From contig NC_068987.1 of the NCBI RefSeq assembly GCF_001194135.2, positions 81,271,612-81,335,611 of the forward strand: 64,000 bases of DNA. Direction: 5' to 3'. The position numbers were made by a program, and so were the translations under genes. Each line of letters opens with the position of its first letter. The stretch's first letter is position 1. This document shows positions 50,625 through 64,000 of the stretch, piece by piece. The notes beneath the pieces are model-generated. The model searched no databases and had not been told where the DNA came from. It was given only the letters and a program-made list of their open reading frames with translations. This stretch comes from Octopus bimaculoides. Taxonomy: Eukaryota.

Positions 50625-53600
50625 AGGAGAAAAAATATTCTCTCTGAAAAGTGAATGAAATTTTGTGCATTCACTATATTTAATTTCACTGGAAAGGATT
50701 TCTTGAAACCACAAACAGACAAATGATCTGTCATGTGTAGCTATTGTCATTGCAGTGGTTGCACATCAGCAACATTGAAAAACCACTACTTCTATAGTCT
50801 GTTTTGCCTGTGAGAGTCGCTTGTATTTTGGGCACTGCAACATTGTGACTCATATTGTGGTCAACTGTCTTCAAAGATACTAGGAAGCATACTTGGAAGA
50901 ACATCTAAAATAAGTGCAGAAGAGCAAGTGTTGTACTTTGATCAGCTGTGATCATTGCCACAACCAACAAATCTACAGGAACAAATTGAATAATGGAAGA
51001 AACAACTTTCTCAGATTGTCACAATGCATCTCATACATTTTAACATTGCATATCATAGCACAAAGTGTTCCTCAACCAAGTGGAGGCATAATATATCTGG
51101 AGTACTGGAACATTCAGCTGGCTACCTACATTCTATATGTTTATTAAGATCAGCCTTGAATACACTACAACCTTTGTTATGCTGCCAACCTTGTTGCTCA
51201 GTTTGAGAAATGGAGAATTGTTTAAATTTGTCAAAAAAATTATAGTTATTTTGTGGCTGCTGCTGTTGAAGTGAATACTGATATTACCTTAGACAATAAT
51301 ATTGTAATAATCAAAAGTGAAGTCGTAGGATCCATTATCAAAATTGCCATTGGCACAAGTTATATATATATATGAAACCTGGATAAGAATTACAATGTAA
51401 GGAAAATTTTATGTCACAGCCAACGCATTCAAATGTTATGGATTTTATGGACTCTACCTTTGTTATTTCTTCAGATTATTGCTGAGTATCTCACTTGAAT
51501 GGTTTTTCTGAAGACATGTATATGATATAAGTAGGTATTGAAAGCTATAGCATTTAAATGTTTGTATGAAATGAGCTGTGTTTCGGAGATACCTTGTTAG
51601 ACACCTTCTTATATAGTGCAGTTTTTGTTGTTTTGCATACATTATACAATCAATGTTGTCATATGATTTGTGTCTTATTATAACTTTGGTTGTTGACCTC
51701 ACTGGGTGTAGTTATTTTCCCAGTAGTTTAGTACTGTTAAAATGTACAAATTTTGTTGGTTTTGGAAAGATGTACACCAATAACAAAACAGGTTGAAAAG
51801 ATCAGGAAAAGTGTTAAATTTGTAGAACAATGTAAATCATATGAATAGGCAAAAAGGATGTAAAATATTTAGAAAATCTGAAAAACAACAAAGAAGCATC
51901 TTTGTTTTACAAAGCAATACAAAATATTTAAACATATCATCAAAAGTAGGCTAATATCACTGAATTCTTTTTCAGCCTGATAATGTAATTGAAAAAATAG
52001 TTCTATTGAGTACCATTTGAATCATGATGGAATGAAATGTCTCTAAACTATTCATTATCTCTTCTTCTAAAGAATTAGCCAGTCACTTGAATAATGAGTC
52101 TAATGAACAGCTTCTTTCTATAACTGTTTACTTGTTAAAGCTTTAGATATTTGTTTTTTATCCCAAATTTTATAATTAATGTATTCTTGCTATTACTACT
52201 CTAATATAAATTAAACATATGAATAAGTTGTAATGGTTCAATTAGATTTTATTAGATATAATCTAACTTTTACCTCACATTTACAAGTAATTGTAATTCT
52301 TGTAGATTTGAATAACATCTGATGATACTTATTTATATTTTTTATTTACTCTGATTAATTAATTTGTTTTTAATTACATTTGCACCTGCAGCGTAATAAT
52401 ATTTTGCATTATAATCCATGAGATTATCTCTTTTTTTACATGATCCATTCAAAATAGAAAGTTGTAAATAAACTCATTCACAGTTATCAACTAAGAATTA
52501 TTTCAGCAGGTTAAATCTTAATATTTTAGCATAAATATCTGGCACCATCATATATGAGAGCTATGATTATAATTATTTGAAAAACTAATGCAAGGAAATG
52601 TTGAATAATCTCTAAGTAGTTATTATATAAATAAATAATAGTTCTTGAGTTGAAAGCATTGATCATTAAATCATTAGTTAAGATTCTGTCTATAACCATA
52701 AATTTTGGAATTACAAAAATAGAACTTATAATTAGAAATAATTACCTGCTTGTGAATAAAGTCAGTTTCATCATCTAATTTTTCATGTCAGAATGGGTTG
52801 CATGGGCATAAAAATATAATAATTTTTATGAATTGTTTGAGTTAAGCATTTTGAATATATTGAGATTTAACACTTAAAGGATATATTTTATCAGTTAAAA
52901 ATGGCAATATGAATTTTAGCATATTTATCAACAATAAACATACAGAGAGATACCAAAGTTTTGGTACAAATTACTTTAACATTTTCACATTAGAATGAGC
53001 ATTTTATACAAATGAATTTTAAAATATCTATTTCCTAGTCCCAAATTTGATCTTTCAAGTAACCCTAGGAAATTTTGTTCCTACAACAAATTATTCAAAG
53101 AAATAAAGGTATATTCATTCTTCTCCTGCAGTAAAATGCTAAGTGTTGTTATTTCATATAATTTAGTGACTTGATGCAACACCTGGGAAGGTAACCCTTT
53201 CATAATCATATTTCTGTTGAAATACATCACCTTTGCTTCAATAAGCAGCATGGAATTTTGATAGAAGGTTTTAATTTAAATCACTTTAAAAAGGGAAGTT
53301 TCCATCACAGGACCAGTGACAGTCTCAGATAGTTTGATACAAAAAGGAATAAGCATCTTTGGTTAGTGGCACAGTGTATCAGTCACTTATATTGCTTTCA
53401 TTCAAAAATTAATAAAGTTGTTTATTTATGATAAAGATAGAAATATTTTGTAAAGGATATTTAGTTTTTAAATGATTCACAAAGACTTTTATGGTTAATT
53501 TTAGTTAAGATGATAGTTGTAATGTCGGAACAAAATATTCACGAAAGAATATTAATTCTAGGTAAATTCAGTAGAATAGCTTGCCATATTTAGTCATGTC

Positions 53601-53808
53601 CATTACCTTATGGGTTCATATCCTGTCTAGATCAAATTTGCCTTTTATTTATTTATTTATCTATTTATTGCAGTTGATACCATTCATGTCTTGGAGTCAT
53701 ATGTAAATTACATATGCCTTGTGCTTATATTAGAAATTTCTAGATGCAAGTTTTATATGTTCCTTATGCAGCTTAAAAACAATAGCAAAAAAATGATCAT
53801 ACAGATTG

Positions 53809-53877
<69 letters not shown>

Positions 53878-54165
53878 NNNNNNNNNNNNNNNNNNNNNNN
53901 NNNNNNNNNNNNNNNNNNNNNNNNNNNNNNNNNNNNNNNNNNNNNNNNNNNNNNNNNNNNNNNNNNNNNNNNNNNNNNNNNNNNNNNNNNNNNNNNNNNN
54001 NNNNNNNNNNNNNNNNNNNNNNNNNNNNNNNNNNNNNNNNNNNNNNNNNNNNNNNNNNNNNNNNNNNNNNNNNNNNNNNNNNNNNNNNNNNNNNNNNNNN
54101 NNNNNNNNNNNNNNNNNNNNNNNNNNNNNNNNNNNNNNNNNNNNNNNNNNNNNNNNNNNNNNNNN
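53878..54165. other. Assembly gap following (CT)n(AT)n
   Basis: 288 N. Confidence 0.99.
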
Positions 54166-54519
54166 TATATAAAGTTTATGAGAGGTAATGATGTCAGTAA
54201 GACCCAAAGGTGTCAGGTAATGTTGAGTAAGTGCTATGGATAGACCATAGTTAAGCTCCAGGTTCGGTGATTATGCAAATAAACAGTCCAACATAGGTCA
54301 TATATCAGCGTGTGTATATATGACATTTTTTTTTTCAGAATGAGATAAAAAAAAACAAGGCTGTGAAGATTTTAGAACATTTATAAATAGAAGGTCTTAC
54401 AACTGATTCCAGGATATTTATTATAGCCCTTCATTGGAGACGGTGTGAGAAAATGGTTAAGCAATAGTTAATTTAGGTAAGATGTGAAGTGGAGGAATGA
54501 AAATAGATGTGAAACATGT

Positions 54520-55060
54520 AGGGATATTGCATTTGTAGATCCATTATTTAGGCAGAATGGTCTTGTAGAAAGATTTGTAGAAGACAGATGGCTTGGAGAC
54601 CAAGCCTTGTCTGAATTTTGAAGTCGATGCCAACATCAATTGAGCAATACTGGAATATTTCCCACATGATATAAATGATATAATGCTCATTGTGGTGTTG
54701 GAGGGAGTCAAGTTTGAGCTTCTTGAGCTAATCCCAGTAATCAAGACCTGTCATGTCTATTGATCTCTGAGGCACCTCAATTTTTATGATATTGTTTTGT
54801 TGTAGGGCAACCACAGCAGATGACAATATTCAAGTAGGGATAGATGAAAATAGAGAAGAAAAGGATAAGGATATGAGTATCTCTAAACTTGGAAGTTTTG
54901 AGGATCAGGAGTACACTCTGCACACTATGTCAACTTTGTTGTTCATGTGGAAACTCCAGCTTAGGTTGAGAGAAAAAATGAGGTCAGTATGATCTATAGA
55001 ATGTGAAATGCCAACCTGCATGAATAGCAAAGCACAAAGGAATTCCCAGCAGTTAAAGCC
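54520..55060 (-). mobile_element. CR1-clade LINE 3' fragment
   Basis: NLSWSFHMNNKV, LEYCHLLWLPY, GLDYWD*LKKLKLDSLQ, YIIYIMW, RLGLQA. Confidence 0.72.
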
Positions 55061-56929
55061 AGGAAAGGTGGCTGTGCTATTATAGATATGTGATACAAAT
55101 GGGTGACATCTGCTGAGTGAAAATGTGATGCATGTTACAAGAGAAAGATATCTATAGTGAGAGAAAATATGGTAGGGCATAGTGAAGTTTGATCCCACAA
55201 TGTTGAATTTCTCTACCAAAGAAAATACAATAGTGAGAGGAAGACAAATCTGCTGTATAGCATATGTTAATACAAGTGTTATGTTGGTACAAGAATTTTG
55301 TCTTGGAGAAAGATGAAGAATGTTTCTAGAGCTTACCGATCAGCAACATAACCTTGTAAATGAAAATCAAAATTTTCAAGCTGAAGGTTTTTCAATTCTT
55401 GTAGGTATACAGAAAGAAAGTAAAAGACAGAAAAGTCAAGTTTTATAAATGAAATTATCTTTGAATATTTTGATTAATAGATGTAAAAATTTAAATCTAT
55501 ATTAAATAGTAACTCCTGTAAAAGATTGCATTAAATTATACCAATCATTAGTTGAATTTAATTACTTTAATCTGGAAGAAATAGTTAATTTTATAAAGAC
55601 TCCTTTTGAACAGTTTCAACTCGGTTCCTTTATGTTATCAAACTTTCTTGAAAATATTTCTATCAATATGCATAAAATTTATATTAAAATCAAATTTTTA
55701 ATTATTATATATCAGATATTTGGCTTCTACAATGAAAACATTAAAATAACTGGGTTAAACATTAACCTTTTTTGGTTAGTTTTATAAAAGACTGGTTTAT
55801 TTGAAATAAAAAGACTAATTCAAATCAGAATAGAATCCTCTTTCACATTCATCTTTTAAGTATAATTTTATTTGGCTTCATTTTTCACTCCATTTTTAAT
55901 TTTAGCATATATTTATTTTTTTTCATTGAAAATTTCTTTTGATTCCTACTCTGAAGGAAATTGATTTCTTGAAATATTATCTTCCTTAGCATATTGATCT
56001 GAAATTTCTGTAAAGCTATACACTATAGACATTTTCAAGAAGATAATGCCATACTTGAGAATTTGTGAAAGTAAATAAATCCCTTGCCAAACAAGTATAA
56101 CAAAAGGGGAAAAATTCACCATAATTTAATCTATCACAAACCCCTAATCTGTTGAATACAGTTTTCTCAACAAGAGAAAAGATAGGAAGAGTTATAATCC
56201 TTTTTAAATTACTTTTTCTAAAAACGAATGAATAACATTACCTTTAATTAAAAAAAAAGAAAAATATATCATACATTAAATATTAACCAGTAAAGAGTTT
56301 AGATATAATTCAGTTTTCATTTATTAAATTAACTCATATACTTATATTGAATCCATGCATTTATTTATTATTAACTGAGTTATGCTCTATTTATTTGTTA
56401 AAAAGTTGATCTTTTCATTCAAACAGGTTATATGAAAACTTCTGTGGTATTTTGATATAAACAATATAACTGAAATTTAATTTCTAATGCTGTTAGGAAT
56501 TAAATAATTAGTTAATAATTTGATTGAAAACTTATTAAAATGTGCTATGAAGAAATTATAAAAAATAAATCATGTTTTTCTAAGTTGCCCTCTTTTAATT
56601 CATATTGGTCAAAAATTCACATTGATCTTTTCCTAACAACAAAATCTGTTCTAACAAAAATCAATGCTTTTATGAATTAATTAATTTATTCATAACTTAA
56701 TAAATCTGAGATAACATACAAACTATTCTATCTCTACTCTTAGGCATCTCTGCTGGTCTATTTTTTGCGGATATATTATTGCTAGAGTAGTCTGATAGTT
56801 TTCTGCACTCTGAAGCTGCTTGTATTATTAGATGATTAGTATCAGTGTAAAATTCTTTCACAGCTTTTGTTTGTAGATTTTCTATGAAATTGTGATTAAT
56901 TCATATATTTTCTCTTTATTTAGTCCAAG

Positions 56930-57165
56930 GATGAGGGACAGAGCTGTAAGCCTATTGCAGTATGAATTCTTCAAGTTTAGCCAACTTGCAAGAGACCTAG
57001 TGGTAGGCCAAGAATGAGATGGTTGGAAAATATCTATAGTCTTAGTTGGTCACAGTGAGAAATCCAACCAGAAAAAAATCTAATGATGGTTAATTCTGAT
57101 AGGATCCTATGGAGGAGATACCTTAGGATGCTTCTCCTGTGAGCTGTCCAGGAACAGTGGGTAGA
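56930..57165 (+). mobile_element. Old RTE (BovB/RTE-1-like) ORF 3' end
   Basis: PSGRPRMRWLENIYSLSW..DRILWRRYL. Confidence 0.55.
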
Positions 57166-57665
57166 CAAGATGGATGGACTTACTGCTGTTTGAGAGTAAA
57201 ACATAAGAAAAAAAAGTAGTTTCAGAAGTTGGTAGTTATGATACTTGAGAATGCTTATGGTTTCATTTAGAGTTTCTGCAGTGGTATTAGTAGTAGTGAT
57301 AGAAAAGACAGAATATAAAGAACAACTCAGAAATGTGGGAAATAATTTAAGATCATGAATAAGTGAAATTGCCTCTGTTAGGCAAGTTTAGGTAAGTAGA
57401 AGTTGTCTAGGTGTGAATTTTCATAGTAGGTGTAACATCCTAGGTGAGGGAACAGTATTCTAACAAATTTAACTTCCACCTTGTATAAAGTCACCTGTTG
57501 ATTTATAATGAAGTATTTTCTGCAGTTTGAAAGGAAGCAGCTTTTATTATGTGATCTTGGCTGTGTGATTTGTGTAGTTATGTGATGCCATATAAGTTGT
57601 AGATACTAACATTTTTAGGGGTCATATTAGTATTGTTTATTAGTAGTGAGGGCATACTTTTGCAG

Positions 57666-57718
57666 GTTTCCATGAGACATATGTCCATATTTGGAATGAG
57701 ATTGGGTTGCCATGGTAC
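57666..57718. promoter_or_regulatory. Pair of RFX X-box-like motifs
   Basis: GTTTCCATGAGAC (57666-57678) and GTTGCCATGGTAC (57706-57718); motif match only. Confidence 0.3.
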
Positions 57719-58782
57719 TATTTCAGAATTTAAAAAAAAGTGTCTGCTCATGGAGGACATTCGGTTTTCTGAACAATTTAATAGCATCAATGAAGGGTCA
57801 AACAAACCCTGTTATATATCAAACCTACATTTGACATACATAAATTTTTTCTACAAAATGTTCAGCCTTCCTTAAATACTGCCTTGCTATCAGTTTAATT
57901 ATTCTCTGTGTCTTGTCTCATATTTTTCATACTTTGTTTTGGTATGTCCATTTACATAAAGATTGTGGTTTTATTATATAGTATGTTGAATTCTCTGAAT
58001 ATTGATTGGGTATTTAAAAATCATATATCATAAATACTTCATTAATGTCATTTAGATACATTGCTAGCTTATAATTCATCAATTTTAATAACCCACTATT
58101 TTATTTATAACAGTAATGATGTTATGATTGGAAGAGTACATTTTTCTCTAAACGAAATGTACTTTGATACCAAAAATGTCTTTCAACAGCCTTGAGAATT
58201 CGGAGCTAAATTACCAAATATTGTTACATGCATTTTAAGCTGTACCAAAAATAGCCATATAGCAGGAAGAAAACTCAATAAAACAGTGCTGGTGGCAGTG
58301 TGAGTTATAATATGCAAAGAGAGTGAATCAAACATTGACAATGTTATGCATCATATGCATCAAAAGAAAAGTTGTCCACAAGCTTATATTCTTCAACATA
58401 TTCCAATCACTAGTCCATCATTGAGTTATTTTCTTTCTGTATCAATTCTATCAATAATTTATCTCATCCACCACTCTTGTTTCTATGAACTTGCTGACTT
58501 TATACTACTGTACCTAAACCCATTTAATGAATCTATCTCTCTTCATACTGTTCACTCAATATAATTCACCTATAACATGCTATTCTTTGCCAGTCTTTCA
58601 TCCTAGATTGACACTTGCTTAGAATTCTCCTTTCCTCTCACAATTTCCATTCTACTACTAACCTGAAAATAGAATATTAATGGCAATAACCTTACTGATT
58701 TACCTCTATTCAGTGTAATGAGTGGGTCTTTGTATGGCCATTCGTCTTGCTAGAAATAGTAGTGAAACCTCTCTAAGCCCAA

Positions 58783-58925
58783 GCACAGCTGTGTAGTTAG
58801 TTAAGAAGTTTGCTTCTCAACAATGTTGTGAGTTTGATCCCACCTAGGGATCAAACTAGCTTGAGGATAACTTGTGCTTTGTGAGCAGAATTTAGGCACT
58901 GAAAAGTATTGGAAATTATGCTGAA
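58783..58925 (+). mobile_element. Degenerate tRNA-SINE head
   Basis: GCTGTGTAGTTAGTTAAGAAGTTTGCTTCTCAAC..GAGTTTGATCCCAC. Confidence 0.6.
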
Positions 58926-58927
58926 GC

Positions 58928-58962
<35 letters not shown>

Positions 58963-59243
58963 TTTTAGTGAAAGATGAAAACATTGATAAAAAAATGCTA
59001 AGCTGGTGCTTTACAATGAAAATCCTTTTGTGATATTTATTCTATGCAAGTTGTGCAATCTCTTATCCTTCTTACCATGTAAAACAATGAATCAATGGCT
59101 GGTCCTTTGGAAACCTGTCACCAACACTATTTTTCTCACAATGCATGATATAAATAAATCACACTGACTTAAAATTGGAAGAACACATTGGACAATGTAG
59201 TCACACACACACACACACACACGTGTGTGTGTGTGTGTGTGGA

Positions 59244-60106
59244 TGGGGTATTTGGGGTAATTTTGACAGTTTGCATAAAAGGAAAAGAAAGCACAATACC
59301 TGATCCAAAAATAAAAGTATTTTATAAAATCAAAAATTTCAACTAGGTTATGGCTGGAGGATAACAGTTTACACAAAATACCTGCCCTCAGCTTCCACCA
59401 CAGCTTCAAGATGGCTCTGGAACCTGGCTCGTGGATTCCTCACTGTGTCTCTGGGGAGATCATCAAACACTCCCTTGATCTTGGCTATCAGCTTGGTCTT
59501 GATGTTGAAAACAGCAGTTGGTGTCTTTCTCAACTATGTCCCATACATGATAATCTATGCGATTACAATTGGGGAAACTAGGTGGCCAGAAATTCTATTA
59601 CAACCACTTCAAACTCTTTCCAGAGGTATAGCAAGGAGCCAAATCCTGCTGCCACACATATAGCCTTCCGGCAGTAACCCTCTCCAACTAAGGATTGACC
59701 ACAGTCTCCAGCAGCTTCATGTAGCCATCTGAACTGAGCATAAGGCCCTGTTCAAAGATGTAAGGATGAATTCCAATGTGCACACACTGTCAGAATACCT
59801 GCTGTGTTCCTTATTGGTGGTCACAACTTTGTAGTCTCTGTTTCAGCAGTCCATTATACATCTTACAGCTATTACAGTGTCCACAGAGCATTGGGCAACA
59901 GTCATGATGTTGGTATTTTGGTATTTACCCATCACTAATCTTGATACAAGTAACTCTTTTCCAATATTCAGATGTCTTCCAGTCCTCCATGTCAGCTCCT
60001 TCTCAACTACAGCTTTAATCTTTATGCTTTCCTAATGTCACCAATAGATGAAGCTGTTCCTGAAAAATGCAGGCAAAAAATTTTCAAATTTAGTTTGAAC
60101 ACTCTG
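59244..60106 (-). mobile_element. Internally deleted maT/DD37D-like transposon
   Basis: PYIFEQGL, YVWQQDLAP, WPPSFPNCNRIDYHVW, HLEAVVEAEGRYFV*; degenerate TIRs; first catalytic Asp region missing. Confidence 0.85.
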
Positions 60107-60119
60107 TGTATGTGTATAT

Positions 60120-60540
60120 CATCATCATCATCATCGTTTAATGTCCATCTTCCATGCATGCATGGGTAGGATGGTTCGCAGGGGCTGGCAAGATAGAAAA
60201 TCTACCCTATGCTACTGTGTCTATTTTGGCAGGGTTTTTATGGCTGGGTACTCATCCTAACATCTGCGGTGAACTCAGGCTAGGTTAGTTTTGGCATGAT
60301 CTTTACAGTTGGATGCCCTTCCAAATGCCAACCACTTTACAATGTGGACTGGATGCATTGGCAGGGTCACCAAGTAACTCACAAAACAAGGAATTATGAG
60401 AGGGGTAGGGCCATTTGAGGAGAGGAACTTGTGTCAGAGGATGACAAAGAGACAGAGAGGCAGAAACAAGTGTCTTGCTATAATGGAGGGGGTTGGAGGA
60501 GGTGTTCCAGTATCAGATGATGAAAGGTTAGAGTGTGACA
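60120..60540 (-). mobile_element. 10430-type retroelement 3' region with RTE-type tail
   Basis: (CAT)n, TCCATGCATGCATGGG, CAAGTGTCTTGCTATA. Confidence 0.7.
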
Positions 60541-60601
60541 GAAAAATATATATATATATATATCACACAATATATATATATATTTATATATATATATATA
60601 T

Positions 60602-60867
60602 GTTGCCAGTGCCCCTGGACTGGCTTGTGCGGGTGGCACATAAAAGACACCATTTCGAGCGTGGCCGTTTTCGTGCGGGTGACACGTAAAAGCACCCACT
60701 ACACTCTCTGAGTGGTTGGCGTTAGGAAGGGCATCCAGCTGTAGAAACTCTGCCAAATTAGATTGGAGCCTGGTGTTGCCATCCGGTTTCACCAGTCCTC
60801 AGTCAAATCGTCCAACCCATGCTAGCATGGAAAGCGGACGTTAAACGATGATGATGATGATGATGAT
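60602..60867 (+). mobile_element. Young 5'-truncated RTE 3' UTR
   Basis: Three substitutions relative to 28508-28760 by my count. Confidence 0.95.
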
Positions 60868-61274
60868 ACTCACACAAACAAAAATGGGATAGTTGTTGTT
60901 GGAATGCCTTTAGACCTGTTAGATCAGGGATGGCATAGAGCTAAATAACAATAATCCTTATATATAACCTTGTATACTCGTATTTGGTATACAAAAGCTA
61001 TTGCTGTTGTTTTTCATTTACAGATAAATCAATTAAAAGAATTGTTTCAAATGTAATTTTAAAATGAATAAAACCTTAAAAAAACCTTAAAGGACTATTT
61101 GATAAATTCTGAAGAAAATATTTTTGAAATAAGCTCAGGTTATGGAATTATGGAAAGGCATAATATTGTCATTACCAGAGTTTGTTTGATATGAATTAAA
61201 GTTATAAGACTTAATTTTAATCCTTCATTCTTTTCAAACTAGAATATGCATCCCAAAAATTAAGAATTGCACAT

Positions 61275-61560
61275 TCATCATCATCGTTTAGTGTCCGTTT
61301 TCTATGCTGGCATGGGTCTGACAGTTTGACTGGGGACTGACAAGCCAGTAGGCTGTACCAGGCTCCAATCTGATCTGGTAAGATTTCTACAGCTGGATGC
61401 CCTTCCTAATGCCAACCACTCCAAGAGTGTAGTGGGTGTTTTTTTACATGCCACCAGCACGGGAGCCAGTCAGGCAGCACTGGCATCGACCATGTTCAGA
61501 TGGTGCTTTTTATATGCCAGTGGCACAGGAACCAGTCGCGGGGTATGGAGGGGGACTGGC
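61275..61560 (-). mobile_element. RTE 3' UTR, older copy
   Basis: Reverse complement of the 28400-28760 type. Confidence 0.85.
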
Positions 61561-61659
61561 ATAATGAACTATAAAAATTATTTAATAAATCTCTACATTC
61601 CTTTATAGTTTCAGCTTTGATTACAATCTGGCTTATTGAACCAACAAAAATACTTTAAT

Positions 61660-61800
61660 GTGATTGCTTGTTCTGCTAGAAACAGATTGGTTAAGGTAGT
61701 TCCAAAGTGCAGTGGCTGAAAATAAAATGCAACATAGTAATGGTTGGAATGCCTCCATCATAGATATATTGGATCAGAAATGACTTGGGGTTAAACATCA
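61660..61800. mobile_element. Fragment of a further SINE-like family (also ~58700-58775 and ~60880-60955)
   Basis: Shared TGCTAGAAA and GGTTGGAATGCCT..GATCAG blocks. Confidence 0.5.
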
Positions 61801-62942
61801 TTAGCACCAAGCTAACAAAGATGGTCAGTCTGATGATATATATAAGTTATGACTTTCACTCAGATTCAAGGATGACTCAAATTGTTCTAGATTCTATTGT
61901 AGTTGTGAGCAGACATAGGCCCAGTGACACATCAAGGATGTGGCAGTTAGAGAAAGAGAGGTGCCATATAAGCAATGGGCTAGTATTTTATTGACCTCCA
62001 AAAATATGAAATGCGATGCTGAGCACAGTGCAATTATAATTCAGAATGCAATGAGCTGGAGCAAATATCATAATGCATTTTATTTGAAGCTCTCGTGTCT
62101 TTTTGTTAATTAACAACCTAGTGTTATTATGCTAATGAAATTGATTTATTATTTTTTCTAGAAATACATTTTTTACTGATTATATTCTTTAGAAAAGAAA
62201 CTTGTTCATTTGATCTAATTTTGTGATATTTATAATATATATGGCTAGGAAAAAAAAATTGATATATAAGTAATATTTGGAGAAACCCTAAGGGAAATAA
62301 CAAATTCTGGTATCTCTACAATATAGAAATTGAGGGTAAACATCTGAACAGAATAATAATTTCTCTAATATAAGTAAATTTTATCATTTTCTAAACTTCA
62401 TAAACAGAGATTTAAAAATCAATATTCATTATAAGGAGTAAGCAGAATACAAACAGACTAAGAGTCTGAATTGGAGAAAAGATTCTTAATAGGTATTGGC
62501 AGATGGTTTCATTCTGAGAGTATAATTTACTGTGCATCTTTTCCCAGAACTATCCCTCATTAGTACTACTAAGTAAAGATTAGAAAGTTTTCTGAGTTAA
62601 AATTCAAAGTGGTTTTGACCAATGGGAAGCAACCATGCTGTTTGATATATATGCACTTGCTTTTGATATATTTTCTTTCTTACATCTTTCTGTCCATTTC
62701 CCATGCTAGCATGAGTTAGGTGGATATGTCATCCCTACTGCTAACCCAAGGCTATCTTTCACATAAAGGATCTCTTATTTCTTGTGGGCGAAGCAAGCAC
62801 AAAAGTAAACAAATACACTGACACACACTAACACAAATTGTGACCTGAGGGTAGCCTGTCTTCCATATGAACTCTTTATAAAAATCTAACTCCTAACACT
62901 TAGTTTTGCATTCTTTCTTAACTGAACTGAAACAATGATATA

Positions 62943-63158
62943 CAAGAGGGTGCTGAAAAGTTCCTGACTTTAAGGGTATCGTAAAAGGCCTGATTGGAGT
63001 CTAACTTTCCGAGTTCTTCTACCAGGCTTAGAAAAACTGAAGGACTGCTGCAATAAATGTGTGAATGTGAGAGGGGAATATGTTGAATAAAATCAAAATT
63101 AACTGATCCTCCTGTATTTTCTTTTACCCAAAGCCAGAAACTTTTCAGCAAGTCCTTG
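62943..63158 (+). mobile_element. Mariner-derived MITE (216 bp)
   Basis: TIRs CAAGAGGGTGCTGAAAAGTTCCTGACTTT / CAAGGACTTGCTGAAAAGTTTCTGGCTTT, TA on both sides; retains transposase C-terminus GLEKLKDCCNKCVNVRGEYVE*. Confidence 0.9.
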
Positions 63159-64000
63159 TATTAGCTAAGAACAATTCTTCACAATAAATTTAACCAAACC
63201 AGTAATCGCAACATAATGAACACAAGCTTCTTTTATCAAACTGGGAAAATTGCCTTTATTATCCTTTTCTTTTCAACCTCTACCCATAAACATACTCTCT
63301 GCTGCTTTTGCTCTGTCCTTCTTCCTACAAATACATACCTTCTCTTCCTTAAAACTCATGTTTTCTATTTTCTAGTTTCTATTTTTGAAATTGTATTCTC
63401 TTCATCATTCTCTGCGATTTGTAAACTAAGTTGCTTTTTTTAAATCATGACTAAACATGGGAATTTATAAACTGTATCCCCAAAACTTTCCCAAGTCACT
63501 TTCTTCTACTATCAACTTGAGATATTTGTTAGCAAATATTTTGTGGCAATGTTGATAAACAAGTTTACATTTGATAAGAAGATACTCCATATTAGAACAA
63601 TTTATTTCTGTTAGGCAAGCAAAATACATTAATTTAAGATTTCTAAAGTAAACTTAATGTGTTTAAGGAAAAGTATGTTATGTATTGTTACTTAAATAAG
63701 TATTGAATGTACCTTATATTTTCACAACTCCTTACTTTATCCTCAAAGTAATGTCTAATACTTTGTGTGTAAGGAAAGCCTCTCTCTATGTCATAAAGAA
63801 GAGCCATAGTTGTTTCTAAATTTCAGATTTGTTTATTATTTATTTATTATCATCATTTTAAATATCAGGCCTACAGGTACTATACAGCATGTTTCAACCC
63901 ATCTTAAACTTCTGGAACTTAGTGAAGGCAGATGTATTGTTTTCAGTCATGAAATAAATGGTGTACATTTGTCTCAAAGTGCTGGTGTTGAAGACTTTTG

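Noticed and set aside
50893-50904. 12-nt microexon candidate on the minus strand
   Set aside because: Good splice signals only; indistinguishable from chance.

Overview
AT-rich eukaryotic non-coding DNA, dense in transposon relics and microsatellites, with three assembly gaps. The SINE heads and the (GAT)n-ended RTE tail match my recollection of octopus (coleoid cephalopod) repeats; this is an inference, not a database result. I see no intact conserved protein-coding gene, rRNA, functional tRNA or CRISPR array. Most listed ORFs are microsatellite or gap artefacts, or pieces of transposons. Recognisable elements: a decayed Gypsy gag-pol with Penelope and SINE insertions (~4.4-9.1 kb); many RTE LINE fragments, including a 2.1-kb convergent endonuclease/RT fusion with a PHD-like finger inside the RT; further Penelope, CR1 and R4/Dong-type fragments; maT/mariner, Tigger and MULE (FLYWCH) transposase relics and MITEs; and many tRNA-derived SINEs sharing the RTE 3' tail. 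A few minus-strand exon candidates suggest the window may be intronic, but this is unconfirmed. I cannot claim a new biological system. The best leads are a 450-bp foldback element, a recently active RTE subfamily associated with (AT)n, several families sharing one palindromic tail, a PHD-in-RT architecture and a pair of RFX X-boxes. Coordinates of decayed elements are approximate.
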